NCBI RefSeq assembly: GCF_000143415.4
Contig: NW_003314415.1
Span: forward strand, 62,001-126,000
Origin: Selaginella moellendorffii
Lineage: Eukaryota; Plantae; Lycopodiophyta
Direction: 5' to 3'
DNA: 64,000 nucleotides
A program made the position numbers and the translations under genes. A model generated the notes under the pieces. It made no database searches, was not told the DNA's origin, and saw nothing but the letters and a program-made list of their open reading frames with translations. Positions 49,501 through 61,148 of this stretch are shown piece by piece; positions within the stretch are counted from its first letter, which is position 1; each line of letters begins with the position of its first letter.

Positions 49501-51336
49501 TAGTTTGGGGTTTTAAAAAACTTCATGCTTATTTATATAGTTCTTAGACATTATTAAAAGGTGATTATGTTATAGTTACTTTGTTATTAAAGTAGAAGAG
49601 TTTAATTGGTTATACTATTCGATGGGCTTTGAAACTTTAAATATATGATTTCGATATTGTTCATCACCTAAAAAGTTCTATGGCTAATATTGATGCCCTT
49701 TCTCAAGCTCTTTTTCCTTATTTGTTCTTTTATTATGTTTCTGACTAGCCTATTATTCCAATATCTATAGATTTTTTGGACAAAAATTCCGTGTTATCAA
49801 AAGTTGTTATACTTGATGTTGAGTGTCTACAAGGTGTGAAGTAAGATTTACCTTCTTTGGATGAGGTTTGTAAGGCTCAAAGGTTGAGCCATAAATCCAA
49901 AGGCTTTGCAATGTGTTTTAAAATCTTAAATCACTTGTTGATGACTTGTTATTTTAGCATTTACATTCTTGATATCGCCTTAAGGATGACTTTCTTTATT
50001 TTATGAGGATAGATCCTAATAATCATTTATGACTAGTGGTGCATTTGATTTTTATTCCACGCTTACCATGATTCTTTTATTCTAAGCAGGCATATGAGAC
50101 ATTGTCATGTGACTAAGAAGTTGCGTAGATCTTTCTATTGGTTGAAGATGCGACATGATGTTACTTGGTATGTGCGTAACTATGTTTGGTTTAGGGTTTA
50201 TATTACTCCCCCTCGTGCTGTAAAATGATGGTTGAAATCAATTACAATTTCCTATTTATTTGAGTTGGTAGTGTTTGATTTGATGGGGCCTTTTCCACAA
50301 TCAACTGTTGACAATGAATATATTATTATTGACTACTTCACTCACTTGGTGGAAGTTGAAATGCTTACTAATGCGTCTGCAATTGTTGTTAGATACTTCC
50401 TCCTCAATCAAGTAATATTCTAACATTCCTATTTAGAATGAATTTTTTCAGATAATAGTCTCGCATTTATGGTTAAGGCATTTCATATCATAACATTTCA
50501 GTTAGGGATACACCACACTTTTATGAGTGTTTATTATCCGCAGTCAAATGGTTTAGTAGAACATTTTGTTCAAGCCTTTAAAGATTGCAAAATACTTAAA
50601 TTTTCAATATTTAGATTGTAATGGTTATTTATTGTCTCTTCAATATGCATATATCATAGGGGTGCAGAGTTTTATTGGTGTTTTACTATATGAACTTTTA
50701 TATGGTCATAATTTGGTACTACCAACAGAGTTAAGTTTACTTTTGCAATTGTCATTAACTACCATTTATGATCAATATTTGACAAGTATTTTTTCATTAG
50801 TCCAAGCATCTGCCAAATACCTTGGCCACATACAAATGGGACAACAATGGTGTTATAACTCCTATCATTGTTCACCTGCGAAGTACAATATAAATGACTT
50901 AGTGCTAGTCTATTTTCCCAATTTTATAGTATATGGTTTGTCTAAGGGGCTCCTTGCTCAGTGGAAGGGACCGTATTGAGTGTTATGGCAAGTTGGATTG
51001 CAAGTTTATAAGGTTTGGCATGATATTTAACAGACCAATCCTCCAAAAATTATGCATATGCAACAATTAAAACACATTGTACAAAGGGATTAAAAACAAC
51101 TAACACTACCTATAAACTCACTGATGCCTCCTTTTGATGTTCTTTTAGATCTTAGCCCATCCACTAGAAAACCCTAATTATCTTTCATCATTGTGAGGTG
51201 TACTAATATTAGCATAATAGAATTTTGATAGTCGTTAGATTGGTTTAGGACCACTTGTTCCTATATATAGGGTTTTTGGGATAATTGATATGCATATCTC
51301 TATATTCTATTTTTATATCCATACATTCATATATCA
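46533..51336 (+). mobile_element. Degenerate Ty3/gypsy LTR retrotransposon with short diverged LTRs (~46533-46685 and ~51192-51336)
   Basis: RT relics (VKKLDRSIHFCIDYHSLNKVT; FHTPFNLYEFLVMRFSL), RNase H (PFILHMDAFDIDFGGVLMQ), integrase (FELVVFDLMGPFPQS; YYPQSNGLVE) in RT-RH-INT order. Flanks share tactaatatt.gcata...tagtc...agatt.gttt...cctatatata. Confidence 0.88.
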
Positions 51337-52231
51337 ATATTAATATCTATTAATGTTTGGTTGAAGATATACTACTTTTTGCATTTTGTATCTATGTGCT
51401 AGAATGATATTCTATACTTTCAAAAAACCTTCACTTGATCTCTCTTTCACCATTGAGATCAATTCTGAAACTTAAACCACATTTACCACATTTTTAAGAT
51501 TTAGATATGTACATCTGGAAAATAGAATATTATCTGAAAACAATTTTATACATATCCAATCTCAAATCAAATAAGGGAGATATAGTAGTCAATAACAAAA
51601 ATTCTAATTATTAATAATACCATGTGGACACAATTTCGCACCAACCAAAGATCCCACAATTCCCCTTGTTTGTGAGCATTGAAAACTTATCACTCTAACC
51701 TACATTGTTCTTGAGATAAAGCCCTTTCCCACTTCTAATAAATTTGGTCATTTGCTGATCCCTCTGTTTTCACAATCTTCAGCTTGCATTTGCTGATAGA
51801 CATAAGCTTTTCATCTGAAACTGGGGGACGAGTGGTGCCATCAATAGACGTTGTGAACCACATCTGCGAGCATGTGTCCAAGTTCGTAGAGTAGTTTTTG
51901 TGTTGCAGCAGCCAACTTGGAGATCTTGGAAGATTGAAACGCAAAGAAATTTGCATGGAGGTGTGGGCATAGTCCATGACAATCCAGGATTCTCCATTTG
52001 CTACCGATGCTAGACTTGCTGTTCAAACGAGAAAGAAGCATTGACATTTTTTTTGCCAGAATTCTCACGTCTTAGATTCCTCTTATAATATGTGATGTTT
52101 GCTTGTGATATGCTTCGTGTTCTCTGTTTGTTAGTGTGTTACACTGTTTTCTAGAATGGATATTCCAAGTCAAGATTACAGAAATTGTAGCTATTTGTTC
52201 ACTCGTTTTTCCTGGTATTTTACACAACTCT

Positions 52232-53743
52232 TTAGTTAAACTCTGGATTTTCTTCACTTGGAATCTCTCTTGGAGGCCACATATGGCGAGGAATCCATTT
52301 GCCATCCGATAGTTTCTTCATGTTCTTAAAACCATGCACCCACCAGGATGTTGGAATCTTGAGCTCCTTGATCACCAAGTCATCTGATTTGTTCATCAAC
52401 GTGTAGTCCCGTGGTACCACCAGCTCAAACCCGGCCGATGATCTCGTCTCGTTCATTGCTCCATTCTCATCACCATTCATCATCCAGCTCTCCATATCTC
52501 GCCTCGACCGCTTCCGCGACCTGCTCGACGACGATGCTGGATCAGTCTGCTTGAGCAGCCTGGAGGTCTTGTAAACTGCAGAGTGCTCGCCCACAAACTC
52601 ATGCACTGTCTCGGGCTCGTCCTTGAACAGCTCCATGAACGATTCCGGAATCTCAGACTTCACCTCAAGCATGGAAGCCAAACTTCTAGACTCCTGGATC
52701 ATTGGAGCTGCAATAAAGCTGCCGCTCATAGCAGCCTTGATAGGAGATCTCTTCTGCCCGGCAATGCAATGCAAGTAGAGCTCCAAGTTGTGGCAACGCA
52801 TCCCAAAACCCAGATCCTGGACGTACGGTGACGATGACCAGTCAACCCTCCATTCAACGCCAACGTGCTGGTATATCCCCGGTGGAGTCAACGATACCGG
52901 TGGGATGAGCGTGACGATGTCGCCGGTGCTCACAACCCGGATGATCTTGCACGACTCCTCGGCCCGCTTCTTAAACTCACCATCGCCGGTCTTTGGAGCT
53001 CCATACACAAACGCCGTCACCATGACTGTTCTTCCTTCGGCGATTCGCGGCTTGTTGAATCCATAGTCCGCTGCTGCGAGTGGTGCCATTCCGGCCCCCA
53101 TGCTGTGACCCACAAAAGTGATACTCATGTCTTCGTCCTTGTAATCCACTTCTACGAGCTTGTTCACCTCCTTGAAGATCTGGTCTCTTAAGCTCGAGTC
53201 TCCAAACATCTTGGAAGCGTCCGAGGCAGTGTACATGCTCAGAAATCCCTCCACGACCCTGGGAAGCGGCTTCTCCAGCCCCAGGAGCTTGAGCTCCTTC
53301 ATCATAAACTCGCTGTTCACGTACCATTCATCGGAGGCTTTGGTCCCGCGGAGGATGACCGCGACGTCTCTACGGCCGAGTTTTCGGGTTTCCTGGTCGC
53401 TCGAGACTGCAATGTAGCCAATCCAGGTCGTCGATGATCTCTTGTGGAGGCCATCGAAGGCAGTCCTCCAGCCTTCAACGACGAGAGTGGAGTAGAGATA
53501 GCGAGTGATTTTGTAATCGCTGGTGACCCCAACGTTGGGGAAGAGATCTGATTTGCCGTAAAGGGAGTAGTATATGAACTCGGACTCGACCTCCATGTCG
53601 ATTGCATCGTACACTGCCTCTACAAACTCACCATAGCGAATGCCGGCAGCTCGCAAATCCGGGTGGAGGGGATCGATCACTCCCTTCCAATTGTTCATGC
53701 CTTGGATGTCTTGCCACCTTGTTGCTACTAGAACTCCTGCCAT
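52232..53743 (-). CDS. Phospholipase A1 (lipase class 3, DAD1-like/PLA1-II type), intronless
   Basis: RWQDIQGMNNWKGVIDPL, RYGEF, WIGYIAVS, GRRDVAVILRGT, GHSMG nucleophile, DIVTLIP, HNLELYLH, VPRDYTLMNKS. Confidence 0.92.
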   Translation of the reverse strand: MAGVLVATRWQDIQGMNNWKGVIDPLHPDLRAAGIRYGEFVEAVYDAIDMEVESEFIYYSLYGKSDLFPNVGVTSDYKITRYLYSTLVVEGWRTAFDGLHKRSSTTWIGYIAVSSDQETRKLGRRDVAVILRGTKASDEWYVNSEFMMKELKLLGLEKPLPRVVEGFLSMYTASDASKMFGDSSLRDQIFKEVNKLVEVDYKDEDMSITFVGHSMGAGMAPLAAADYGFNKPRIAEGRTVMVTAFVYGAPKTGDGEFKKRAEESCKIIRVVSTGDIVTLIPPVSLTPPGIYQHVGVEWRVDWSSSPYVQDLGFGMRCHNLELYLHCIAGQKRSPIKAAMSGSFIAAPMIQESRSLASMLEVKSEIPESFMELFKDEPETVHEFVGEHSAVYKTSRLLKQTDPASSSSRSRKRSRRDMESWMMNGDENGAMNETRSSAGFELVVPRDYTLMNKSDDLVIKELKIPTSWWVHGFKNMKKLSDGKWIPRHMWPPREIPSEENPEFN

Positions 53744-53887
53744 CTTTCAATCTTTTGAGCAATGATCTGCAAGAAGTTCTATGAGAAGCTCTTTATTGTG
53801 GAGTTCAACGGGATAAGGAATGTGTGGTTGAGAATGAATACTATAGGATATAAAACTTTATAATGTCCCAATGTCTTTCCATTCTTT

Positions 53888-54162
53888 AGCTTAGATTCTC
53901 TTCTCGTTCGATCATGTATCATTCTTTTCTATCATCACCCATTGTATGTTTCCACAGCTAGCTGATCTCAGCGAAAAAAATGCCACTCTCCTCGATCGAG
54001 AGTGAGAGTGAAATGCCAACGTCCTAGCTCCGTTTTCCATTGACTGGGCTGGAACTTTCACCTAAGTTCCCGGTTTAAAGGCGATAAAACTTCTATTGGT
54101 GGATCTGAAGATCTTCAGGTCGGAGAAAATCCCCACCGAGAACATCAACTGAATTCGCATGG
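53888..54162 (+). pseudogene. Deleted duplicate of the OXP1 5'-UTR intron and first coding region
   Basis: agcttagattctcttctcg, cagcgaaaaaaatgccactctcctcga, caggtcggagaaaatccccaccgagaacatc match 56898-57269. Confidence 0.9.
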
Positions 54163-54219
54163 CACAAGAAAAATTATATTAAATTTCACATGGGGATGTT
54201 GGTCTTTTTTATTAGTTTT

Positions 54220-54690
54220 GCTCGGCCTCGGGGAGTGACGGGAAAGCTCTGGGTTTGATGGAATAAAGATTTCCTTGAAAGCCTAGGATTTTATGTGAAC
54301 AAGGAAAACTCCCAAACGACTCGGGCAAGAACGATGGTTGGCCTTCTATTATTTTGTTTGTCCGGATTCCGGACTTTGGAAAAACTTTTGCAGGAGCATT
54401 TGAGAAGGGCATGGTGGTCAAGGGCACTCTTCTCGTCAGAATGACGAACTCAAGCAGTCATCACCCAAATCCTCTCCGAATTTGGGGAGCTCCTCGCACA
54501 ACCGTCTACTTGACTTGGATCCAACCTGATATCCACGTAAGTGTATGTTCCAGCGCGGTTGGAGTATCCCTGCCACTTCAAACTCTACGTTTGTATCTGA
54601 AATTTTTGCATCGAGACTCTTTGATGTTTACTTGGGAGAGAAAGCACTCAAGGTTCCAAGAGGTTCGTATTTATTTATTTCAGGAGTTCT
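54220..54690 (+). pseudogene. Deleted duplicate of the FAP3-like gene (exons and introns)
   Basis: aaacttttgcaggagcatttgagaagggc, cacttggatccaacc-like and gactctttgatgtttacttgggagagaaa blocks match 61517-62206, including intron sequence. Confidence 0.9.
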
Positions 54691-54870
54691 CCCAGAGCTC
54701 GAGAGCCCTCTCCAACAACATACTAGCGATATAAGTCATGACATTCTGTAGGCAAGAGGGTTGAGGAACGCAAGTCTCATGCGTCTACGTCGGAACCGTC
54801 CGTTCCAACCATGAGTGTTCCTCTTTGGTATCACGATCCGATAAATTAAGGATATAGCAGTCTATTTATA

Positions 54871-56379
54871 ATGAAGGTTTCTCGAATTCTCTCTAGGGAT
54901 ATGGAGGTAATTTTCAGCAATGGCGCACGCAGTCTTGGAATTCCTTTGCATGAAGGGCGGGTTAACGTCTCCAAGGTACTGAGGGAGTTTGGAGCTGGAG
55001 TTCTAATGTGGAAGGATGATGGCAGCCTCAAAAAGCTTGAAATGGGCAAGTCACCAGGCGATGAGCTTAGCACTAATATCTTTACTCCTGGGAAGACGTA
55101 TCGGGTAATCGAAGCCGTCACGTTTGCCGTCGGCTTTGGAGACAAGTATACTTTCCCTTTATTTGATGGGAGAGTTAGAGTCAGAGAAGTCCTAGATGCT
55201 TGTAAAGCTGATGGGTTAAGGGTCGAGGATGGATTAAATGTTCTCCGGGAGCATGGAGAGTTCAGCTTGTGCAAATTTCGCTCCATGAAGCATTATGTCA
55301 GGTTGCTAGAGAGGTATCGCGTTGAGCGGGATGAGAAGGAAGACAAACTCACACATGCGTACGTATTTGCAAGCCAAGGAATGAGGAAAGTTGAAGGTTG
55401 TGACATAGAGGATACATATGCAGTGGCTGCCACCCCAAGTGTATCTCTTTTTGGTGTATTTGATGGCCATCATGGATCAGCGGCATCTCGGTTCTGCGCA
55501 AAACACATGTTCAAGTACTTGACTCAGAACGAGTGTTTCCAAAGAGGCGAGTATGCCCAGAGCCTCAAGGAAGTGTTCCTGCAGATGGACAGGCTAATGA
55601 GGAGCCAAGCTGGGCTGCAAGAGATCCAGAATCTGGCAAAGGAGCCCCCAGTGCACGACGATACTATTGTTCTCACTGAGGAGCATGGACTAGGGGTGCA
55701 GATGGTATGGCCCGAGAACCATCCTGTTTATTACGTGCACGCCAGCCCTGGAACCTGTGCAGTAGTTGCGCTCGTGCTTGAAAAGAAGGTGTTCATCGCG
55801 AGTGCGGGGGATTGTCGCTGCAGCCTGTATAGCAACAAGAAACTGATCCACTTGACCACCGATCATTGGCCATCTACGCCAGAGGAATCAGCGAGGATCC
55901 GGAGAGCGGGGGGACAGGCATTGCAGGGAAGGGTGGCCATAGAGTCGCTTTTAGGAGATCCGGGTACGCTCAACATGTCGAGGGCAATAGGAGATCTTCA
56001 TTTTAAGATGAACAACACGCTTCCTCAGGAGGAACAGATTGTTTCTGCTGCGCCTGATATTGTCGAGGTTGACATCTCGAAAGACTGCGAGTTCTTGATA
56101 GTGAACTCAGATGGGGTGTGGAGTGACTATTTCGATACCAGATGTGAGAAGATCAGCAAGGCCATTAAAGAAGATGACAAGGAAGCGGTAGAGAAAGCTG
56201 TGGGTATCGATATGGAAGTATTGAGGAACAAACCGAGAAGTTCTTTTGAAAGACGAGACGATCTGACTGTGATTGTGGTGTCCCTTAAACAAGCAGCATT
56301 GCATGGGGCAGATCATTTGAACATCAACAAGTATCCTGCTCATTTCAAGAAAAGTGAAATAGGGAGTGATAGGAAGTGA
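54871..56379 (+). CDS. PP2C (PPM1G-like) protein phosphatase with a novel ~145-aa N-terminal extension, intronless
   Basis: ASQGMR..IEDT, FGVFDGHHG, GTCAVVALV, ASAGDCRC, TTDHWP, LNMSRAIGDLHFK, EFLIVNSDGVW, DDLTVIVV. Confidence 0.88.
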   Translation: MKVSRILSRDMEVIFSNGARSLGIPLHEGRVNVSKVLREFGAGVLMWKDDGSLKKLEMGKSPGDELSTNIFTPGKTYRVIEAVTFAVGFGDKYTFPLFDGRVRVREVLDACKADGLRVEDGLNVLREHGEFSLCKFRSMKHYVRLLERYRVERDEKEDKLTHAYVFASQGMRKVEGCDIEDTYAVAATPSVSLFGVFDGHHGSAASRFCAKHMFKYLTQNECFQRGEYAQSLKEVFLQMDRLMRSQAGLQEIQNLAKEPPVHDDTIVLTEEHGLGVQMVWPENHPVYYVHASPGTCAVVALVLEKKVFIASAGDCRCSLYSNKKLIHLTTDHWPSTPEESARIRRAGGQALQGRVAIESLLGDPGTLNMSRAIGDLHFKMNNTLPQEEQIVSAAPDIVEVDISKDCEFLIVNSDGVWSDYFDTRCEKISKAIKEDDKEAVEKAVGIDMEVLRNKPRSSFERRDDLTVIVVSLKQAALHGADHLNINKYPAHFKKSEIGSDRK

Positions 56380-56624
56380 TTCATTCGTCGTCTTAATCAA
56401 TGTTATAGAAATAAGAGAAAACAGTTAAAAACTTGATGATACTTCAAATCACCAACATCAATATAAAAATCATGATTTTTATCCATTCTCGCCTCCAAGA
56501 TTAGCGGATCGACTCCCTTCCAATGTTCATCCCTTGTTGCTGGATTGGCAAGAAGAAGCTCTATGAAATCTTTGTACTAATTAATTATAACTTATAATTT
56601 TAATTTAAATACATATTAATTTTA

Positions 56625-56684
56625 TGTTATGGAATGGGATTCGATCCCATGCCCTTACGGACTAGTACCTGAAACTAAGACCAG
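56625..56684 (-). pseudogene. tRNA-Leu(CAG) pseudogene, 5'-truncated
   Basis: Reverse strand TGGTCT..TAGTTTCAGGTACTAGTCCGTAAGGGCATGGGATCGAATCCCATTCCATAACA retains anticodon arm (CAG), variable arm and T arm; 5' acceptor/D region lost. Confidence 0.75.
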
Positions 56685-56989
56685 CACGTAATTATTCTCC
56701 TAAACCCGTGTCATTCGCATCGCTAGGTGTAAGCTTCGATTCTCTCCTCGTTGTGGGAACCCTCCTTGTGGCGCCGAGGATTGATACCAATCGACCCAGG
56801 TATGAAATTTTTCTCTCCGAGCAGTGAGATTCCTGTAGCTGTGTAGGGTTTAGCGAGCAGCACAGGCCATTTTCCTTTTTGATAGATCAACATTGAAGCT
56901 TAGATTCTCTTCTCGAGTGTTTTATCACTCTTTTCTATCGTCACCCATTGTGTTTGTTTTTTTCACAGGTAACTGTGATCGCATTTGAG

Positions 56990-59900
56990 ATGGACCAAGA
57001 TCCCAGCGAAAGAAATGCCACTCTCCTCGAAAACCGGAGCTCGAGACACTTCCGGTTTTGCATTGACAGGGGTGGAACTTTCACCGACGTCTACGCGGAA
57101 GTTCCCGGTGAGTGTGGTTTCAAGGCGATAAAGCTCCTCTCGGTGGATCCGGGCAACTATGACGACGCTCCCAGGGAAGGAATCCGGAGAATTCTCGAGG
57201 AGTTCACAGGAAAAAAGATCCCCAGGTCGGAGAAAATCCCCACCGAGAACATCGACTGGATCCGCATGGGAACGACAGTGGCTACAAACGCTTTGCTCGA
57301 GAGGAAGGGAGAAAGAACTGCGCTGTGTGTCACCAAAGGCTTTCGAGATCTCCTCCGGATTGGAAACCAAGCACGGCCGAGTATTTTTGATCTCACGGCC
57401 TCCAAGCCGTCACCTTTGTATGAAGAAGTGGTGGAAGCGGAGGAGCGAGTGAGGCTGGCGCTGGAAAACGATGCTCTAGCCGACGAGAAAGTGGAAGTCG
57501 TGCAAGGGATCTCCGGAGAGCTCGTGGAGATTTTCAAGCCTCTGGATCTGGAAGCTCTGAGGCCATCGCTGGAGGGGCTGCTCGAGCGAGGGATCCAGAG
57601 CTTGGCGGTGGTGTTTCTACACTCCTATATCTTCCCAAGGCACGAGCAGCAAGTGGAGAGGCTGGCCAAGTCGATGGGTTTCAAGCAAGTTTCGCTGTCC
57701 TCGGCATTGGTTCCAATGGTTCGTGCTGTTCCTCGAGGCCACACTGCGACAGTGGACGCGTACCTCACTCCCGTGATCAAGGACTACTTGGCTGGATTCC
57801 TCTCCGGTTTCGACGATGGTCTCGACAAAGTTATCGTCTCGTTCATGCAGTCCGATGGAGGACTCACTCCGGAGAGCCGGTTCTCGGGGCACAAGGCCAT
57901 CCTCTCGGGCCCGGCTGGAGGAGTGGTCGGCTACGCGAAAACTACTTTCGGACTGGAGACTCACCGGCCCTTGATCGGCTTCGACATGGGAGGAACTTCC
58001 ACGGACGTGAGCCGATATGCCGGACACTACGAGCAAGTTTTGGAGACACAGACCGCCGGAGTGATCATCCAAGCTCCACAGTTGGATATCAACACCGTGG
58101 CTGCCGGAGGCGGCTCCAAGCTCAAGTTCCAAGTTGGTGTTTTCAAGGTTGGCCCCGAGTCCGTTGGAGCTCATCCGGGACCTGTGTGCTACAGGAAAGG
58201 TGGCCAACTTTCGGTCACGGACGCCAACTTGGTGCTCGGCCGGGTGATCCCGGACTACTTTCCATCCATCTTTGGGCCTCGCGAGGACGAGCCGCTCGAT
58301 CTGGAAGCCGCGAAGGTGGCTTTCAAAACTCTGGCGGACGAGGTGAACGAGTACCGGCGGCAAGCGGACGAGAGCTCGGTGGAGATGAGCATCGAGCAGG
58401 TGGCGCTGGGATTTCTCGACGTAGCGAACGAAGCGATGTGTCGGCCGATCCGCCAGCTTACGGAGATGAAAGGATACGAGACGAGCCAGCACGCGTTGGC
58501 TTGCTTTGGAGGAGCGGGGCCGCAGCACGCTTGCGCCATCGCCAAAGCTCTGGGAATACGTGAGGTTGTGGTGCACAGGTACTGCGGGATCTTGAGTGCC
58601 TATGGCATGGGACTTGCGGACGTTGTGGAAGACGCACAGGAGCCTTACGCTGCTACTTACGGACTGGAAGTCATGGCCGAGGTCTCCAAACGAGCTCGAG
58701 CTTTAGCTCAGCACGTAACTCGGGAGCTCAAGGCTCAAAACTTTCGCGACCAGGATATCTCCACCGACTTGTTCCTCAACTTGCGATACGAAGGCACCGA
58801 CACGACCATCATGATCGCCGAGCCCGAGGACGGGGACTTTGGAAAGGCCTTCGTCCGCGAGTTTCGTCGGGAGTATGGATTCGAGCTGCTCAACCGGAAG
58901 ATCCTCATCAGCGACGTAAGAGTTCGCGGTACCGGGATGAGCAACATTTTGAAGCCTTTGCTTCTGGACAAAGCTGACAGTGGCGATCCTCTAGCGGAGG
59001 ATAGGAAGCACAGAGTTTACTTTGGAACCGGCTGGCACGACACTCGAGTATACTTGCTAGAGAAGCTTGGCTATGGTCACGAGCTGCCAGGGCCTTGCAT
59101 CGTCATGAATGGGAACAGCACCATCGTCGTGGAGCCGAACAGCAAAGCCTTCATCACAAAGCATGGAAATATCAAGATAGAGGTCGGGACGAGCGCAGCA
59201 AGCTCTGATGATCATCCATCACCCAAAGTTGATACGAAGCTCGACGTGATCCAGCTCTCCATCTTCAACAACAGGTTCATGGGAATCGCCGAGCAGATGG
59301 GAAGAACACTCCAGCGAACTTCCATCTCCACAAACATCAAGGAGAGGCTGGATTTCTCATGCGCTCTCTTCAGTCCAACGGGGGGCCTGGTTGCAAACGC
59401 TCCACACGTACCCGTGCACCTGGGAGCCATGTCCAGCACGGTACAATGGCAGCTCGAGTTCTGGCGTGACAACTTGCGAGAAGGCGACGTGCTCGTCACA
59501 AACCATCCAGCCGCCGGTGGAAGCCATCTTCCAGACATTACCGTCGTCACCCCGGTTTTCCGAGATGGCAAGATCATCTTCTTCGTCGCCAGCCGCGGAC
59601 ACCACGCAGAGATCGGTGGGATCACCCCCGGAAGCATGCCACCTTTCTCGAAGACGATCCGGGAGGAGGGAGCGGCGATCAAAGCGTTCAAGCTGGTGGA
59701 AGGAGGCGTATTTCAGGAAGATGGCATTGTCAAGATCCTCAAGGCGAAGACTCTCGACGACGGAGAGACGGATACTCTCATCCCCGGGACGAGAAAACTT
59801 GAGGACAACCTCTCCGACTTGCGAGCACAGGTTGCGGCAAACCAGCGAGGAATCGGGCTCATAGCCGAGCTTATCGACGAGTATGGACTGGAAGTCGTGC

Positions 59901-60844
59901 AAGCGTACATGGGACACGTCCAGGCCAACGCCGAGGCCGCGGTTCGCGAGATGCTAAAGTCCGTGGCGGCGAAACACTCACACAAGCGAAGAGAGGATCA
60001 CGATCACTCGCTGGTGGTGCTCGAGGCCGAGGACTACATGGACGACGGCTCCACGATCAAGCTGGAGCTCACCATCGACTCCAAGCTCGGCCAAGCACGC
60101 TTCGACTTCGCTGGAACCAGTCCGGAAGTTTATGGAAACTGGAACGCTCCCGAGGCCGTGACCGCCGCCGCGGTGATCTACTGCCTGCGCTGCCTGGTGG
60201 ACGTGGACATTCCCTTGAACCAGGGGTGTCTAGCTCCGGTCTCCATCGCCATCCCGAAAGGATCGTTTCTATCGCCCAGTGACAAAGCCGCGGTGGTGGG
60301 AGGCAACGTTTTGACGTCGCAGAGGGTGACGGACGTGGTTCTCTCGGCCTTCGAGGCGTGTGCGTGCTCGCAAGGATGCATGAACAACCTCACGTTTGGA
60401 GACGAGAGCTTTGGATACTACGAGACGATCGCAGGTGGAAGTGGAGCCGGGCCGGGTTGGAGTGGAAGCAGCGGCGTCCAGTGTCATATGACCAACACCA
60501 GGATGACCGACGCGGAAATTTTCGAGCAGCGGTATCCGGTGCTGCTGCGGGGATTTGGATTGAGGGAGGGGAGTGGAGGTAGTGGAGAGTTTCGGGGTGG
60601 CGATGGAGTGGTGCGTGAGATCGAGTTCCGGAGGGGCGTGACGGTGAGTGTTTTGTCCGAGAGGAGAGTGCATGCTCCGCGGGGGCTGTGCGGCGGAGGG
60701 AATGGAGCTCGCGGGGTGAACTTGGTGCTGAGGAAGGATGGGAGGTGTGTCAACCTTGGAGGGAAGAACACTGTGCGTGTGGAGGCTGGGGAGGTGCTGA
60801 GGATTCTCACGCCTGGAGGTGGTGGCTATGGTGGAGCTCCATAG
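56990..60844 (+). CDS. OXP1: 5-oxoprolinase (ATP-hydrolysing), single coding exon; 5'-UTR intron ~56800-56968
   Basis: [80 protein letters not shown]. Confidence 0.97.
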   Translation: MDQDPSERNATLLENRSSRHFRFCIDRGGTFTDVYAEVPGECGFKAIKLLSVDPGNYDDAPREGIRRILEEFTGKKIPRSEKIPTENIDWIRMGTTVATNALLERKGERTALCVTKGFRDLLRIGNQARPSIFDLTASKPSPLYEEVVEAEERVRLALENDALADEKVEVVQGISGELVEIFKPLDLEALRPSLEGLLERGIQSLAVVFLHSYIFPRHEQQVERLAKSMGFKQVSLSSALVPMVRAVPRGHTATVDAYLTPVIKDYLAGFLSGFDDGLDKVIVSFMQSDGGLTPESRFSGHKAILSGPAGGVVGYAKTTFGLETHRPLIGFDMGGTSTDVSRYAGHYEQVLETQTAGVIIQAPQLDINTVAAGGGSKLKFQVGVFKVGPESVGAHPGPVCYRKGGQLSVTDANLVLGRVIPDYFPSIFGPREDEPLDLEAAKVAFKTLADEVNEYRRQADESSVEMSIEQVALGFLDVANEAMCRPIRQLTEMKGYETSQHALACFGGAGPQHACAIAKALGIREVVVHRYCGILSAYGMGLADVVEDAQEPYAATYGLEVMAEVSKRARALAQHVTRELKAQNFRDQDISTDLFLNLRYEGTDTTIMIAEPEDGDFGKAFVREFRREYGFELLNRKILISDVRVRGTGMSNILKPLLLDKADSGDPLAEDRKHRVYFGTGWHDTRVYLLEKLGYGHELPGPCIVMNGNSTIVVEPNSKAFITKHGNIKIEVGTSAASSDDHPSPKVDTKLDVIQLSIFNNRFMGIAEQMGRTLQRTSISTNIKERLDFSCALFSPTGGLVANAPHVPVHLGAMSSTVQWQLEFWRDNLREGDVLVTNHPAAGGSHLPDITVVTPVFRDGKIIFFVASRGHHAEIGGITPGSMPPFSKTIREEGAAIKAFKLVEGGVFQEDGIVKILKAKTLDDGETDTLIPGTRKLEDNLSDLRAQVAANQRGIGLIAELIDEYGLEVVQAYMGHVQANAEAAVREMLKSVAAKHSHKRREDHDHSLVVLEAEDYMDDGSTIKLELTIDSKLGQARFDFAGTSPEVYGNWNAPEAVTAAAVIYCLRCLVDVDIPLNQGCLAPVSIAIPKGSFLSPSDKAAVVGGNVLTSQRVTDVVLSAFEACACSQGCMNNLTFGDESFGYYETIAGGSGAGPGWSGSSGVQCHMTNTRMTDAEIFEQRYPVLLRGFGLREGSGGSGEFRGGDGVVREIEFRRGVTVSVLSERRVHAPRGLCGGGNGARGVNLVLRKDGRCVNLGGKNTVRVEAGEVLRILTPGGGGYGGAP

Positions 60845-61148
60845 AGAGGTAAAGAAAAATTGTTTTTTTCCTTCTCATCTTTTGCTCTCTTTTTTTTTTC
60901 GCAGCTATTGTTTGCAAAGCCACCGTTCGCAATCGCTACGTGATTTTCGACGTGCTTGCTCTCCACTAACTGGTATGGATCTTCTCTTTTTTTTTTTTTC
61001 TCGAGAAGAAGTTTGCTTTCGTTTATCAGTTGGATCTTTTGAGACGATCTCTAGATAACTGGTAAGAATATCCTGCGTTTTGTTTGTCTCGGTGGTGTAG
61101 CTGAAATAAAAAGAATGAGAAAGTTGGCTCTAGTCTAGCCCTACGAAA

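Noticed and set aside
51735-52070. Short minus-strand ORFs downstream of PLA1
   Set aside because: No recognisable domain or splice structure; cannot support a gene call.
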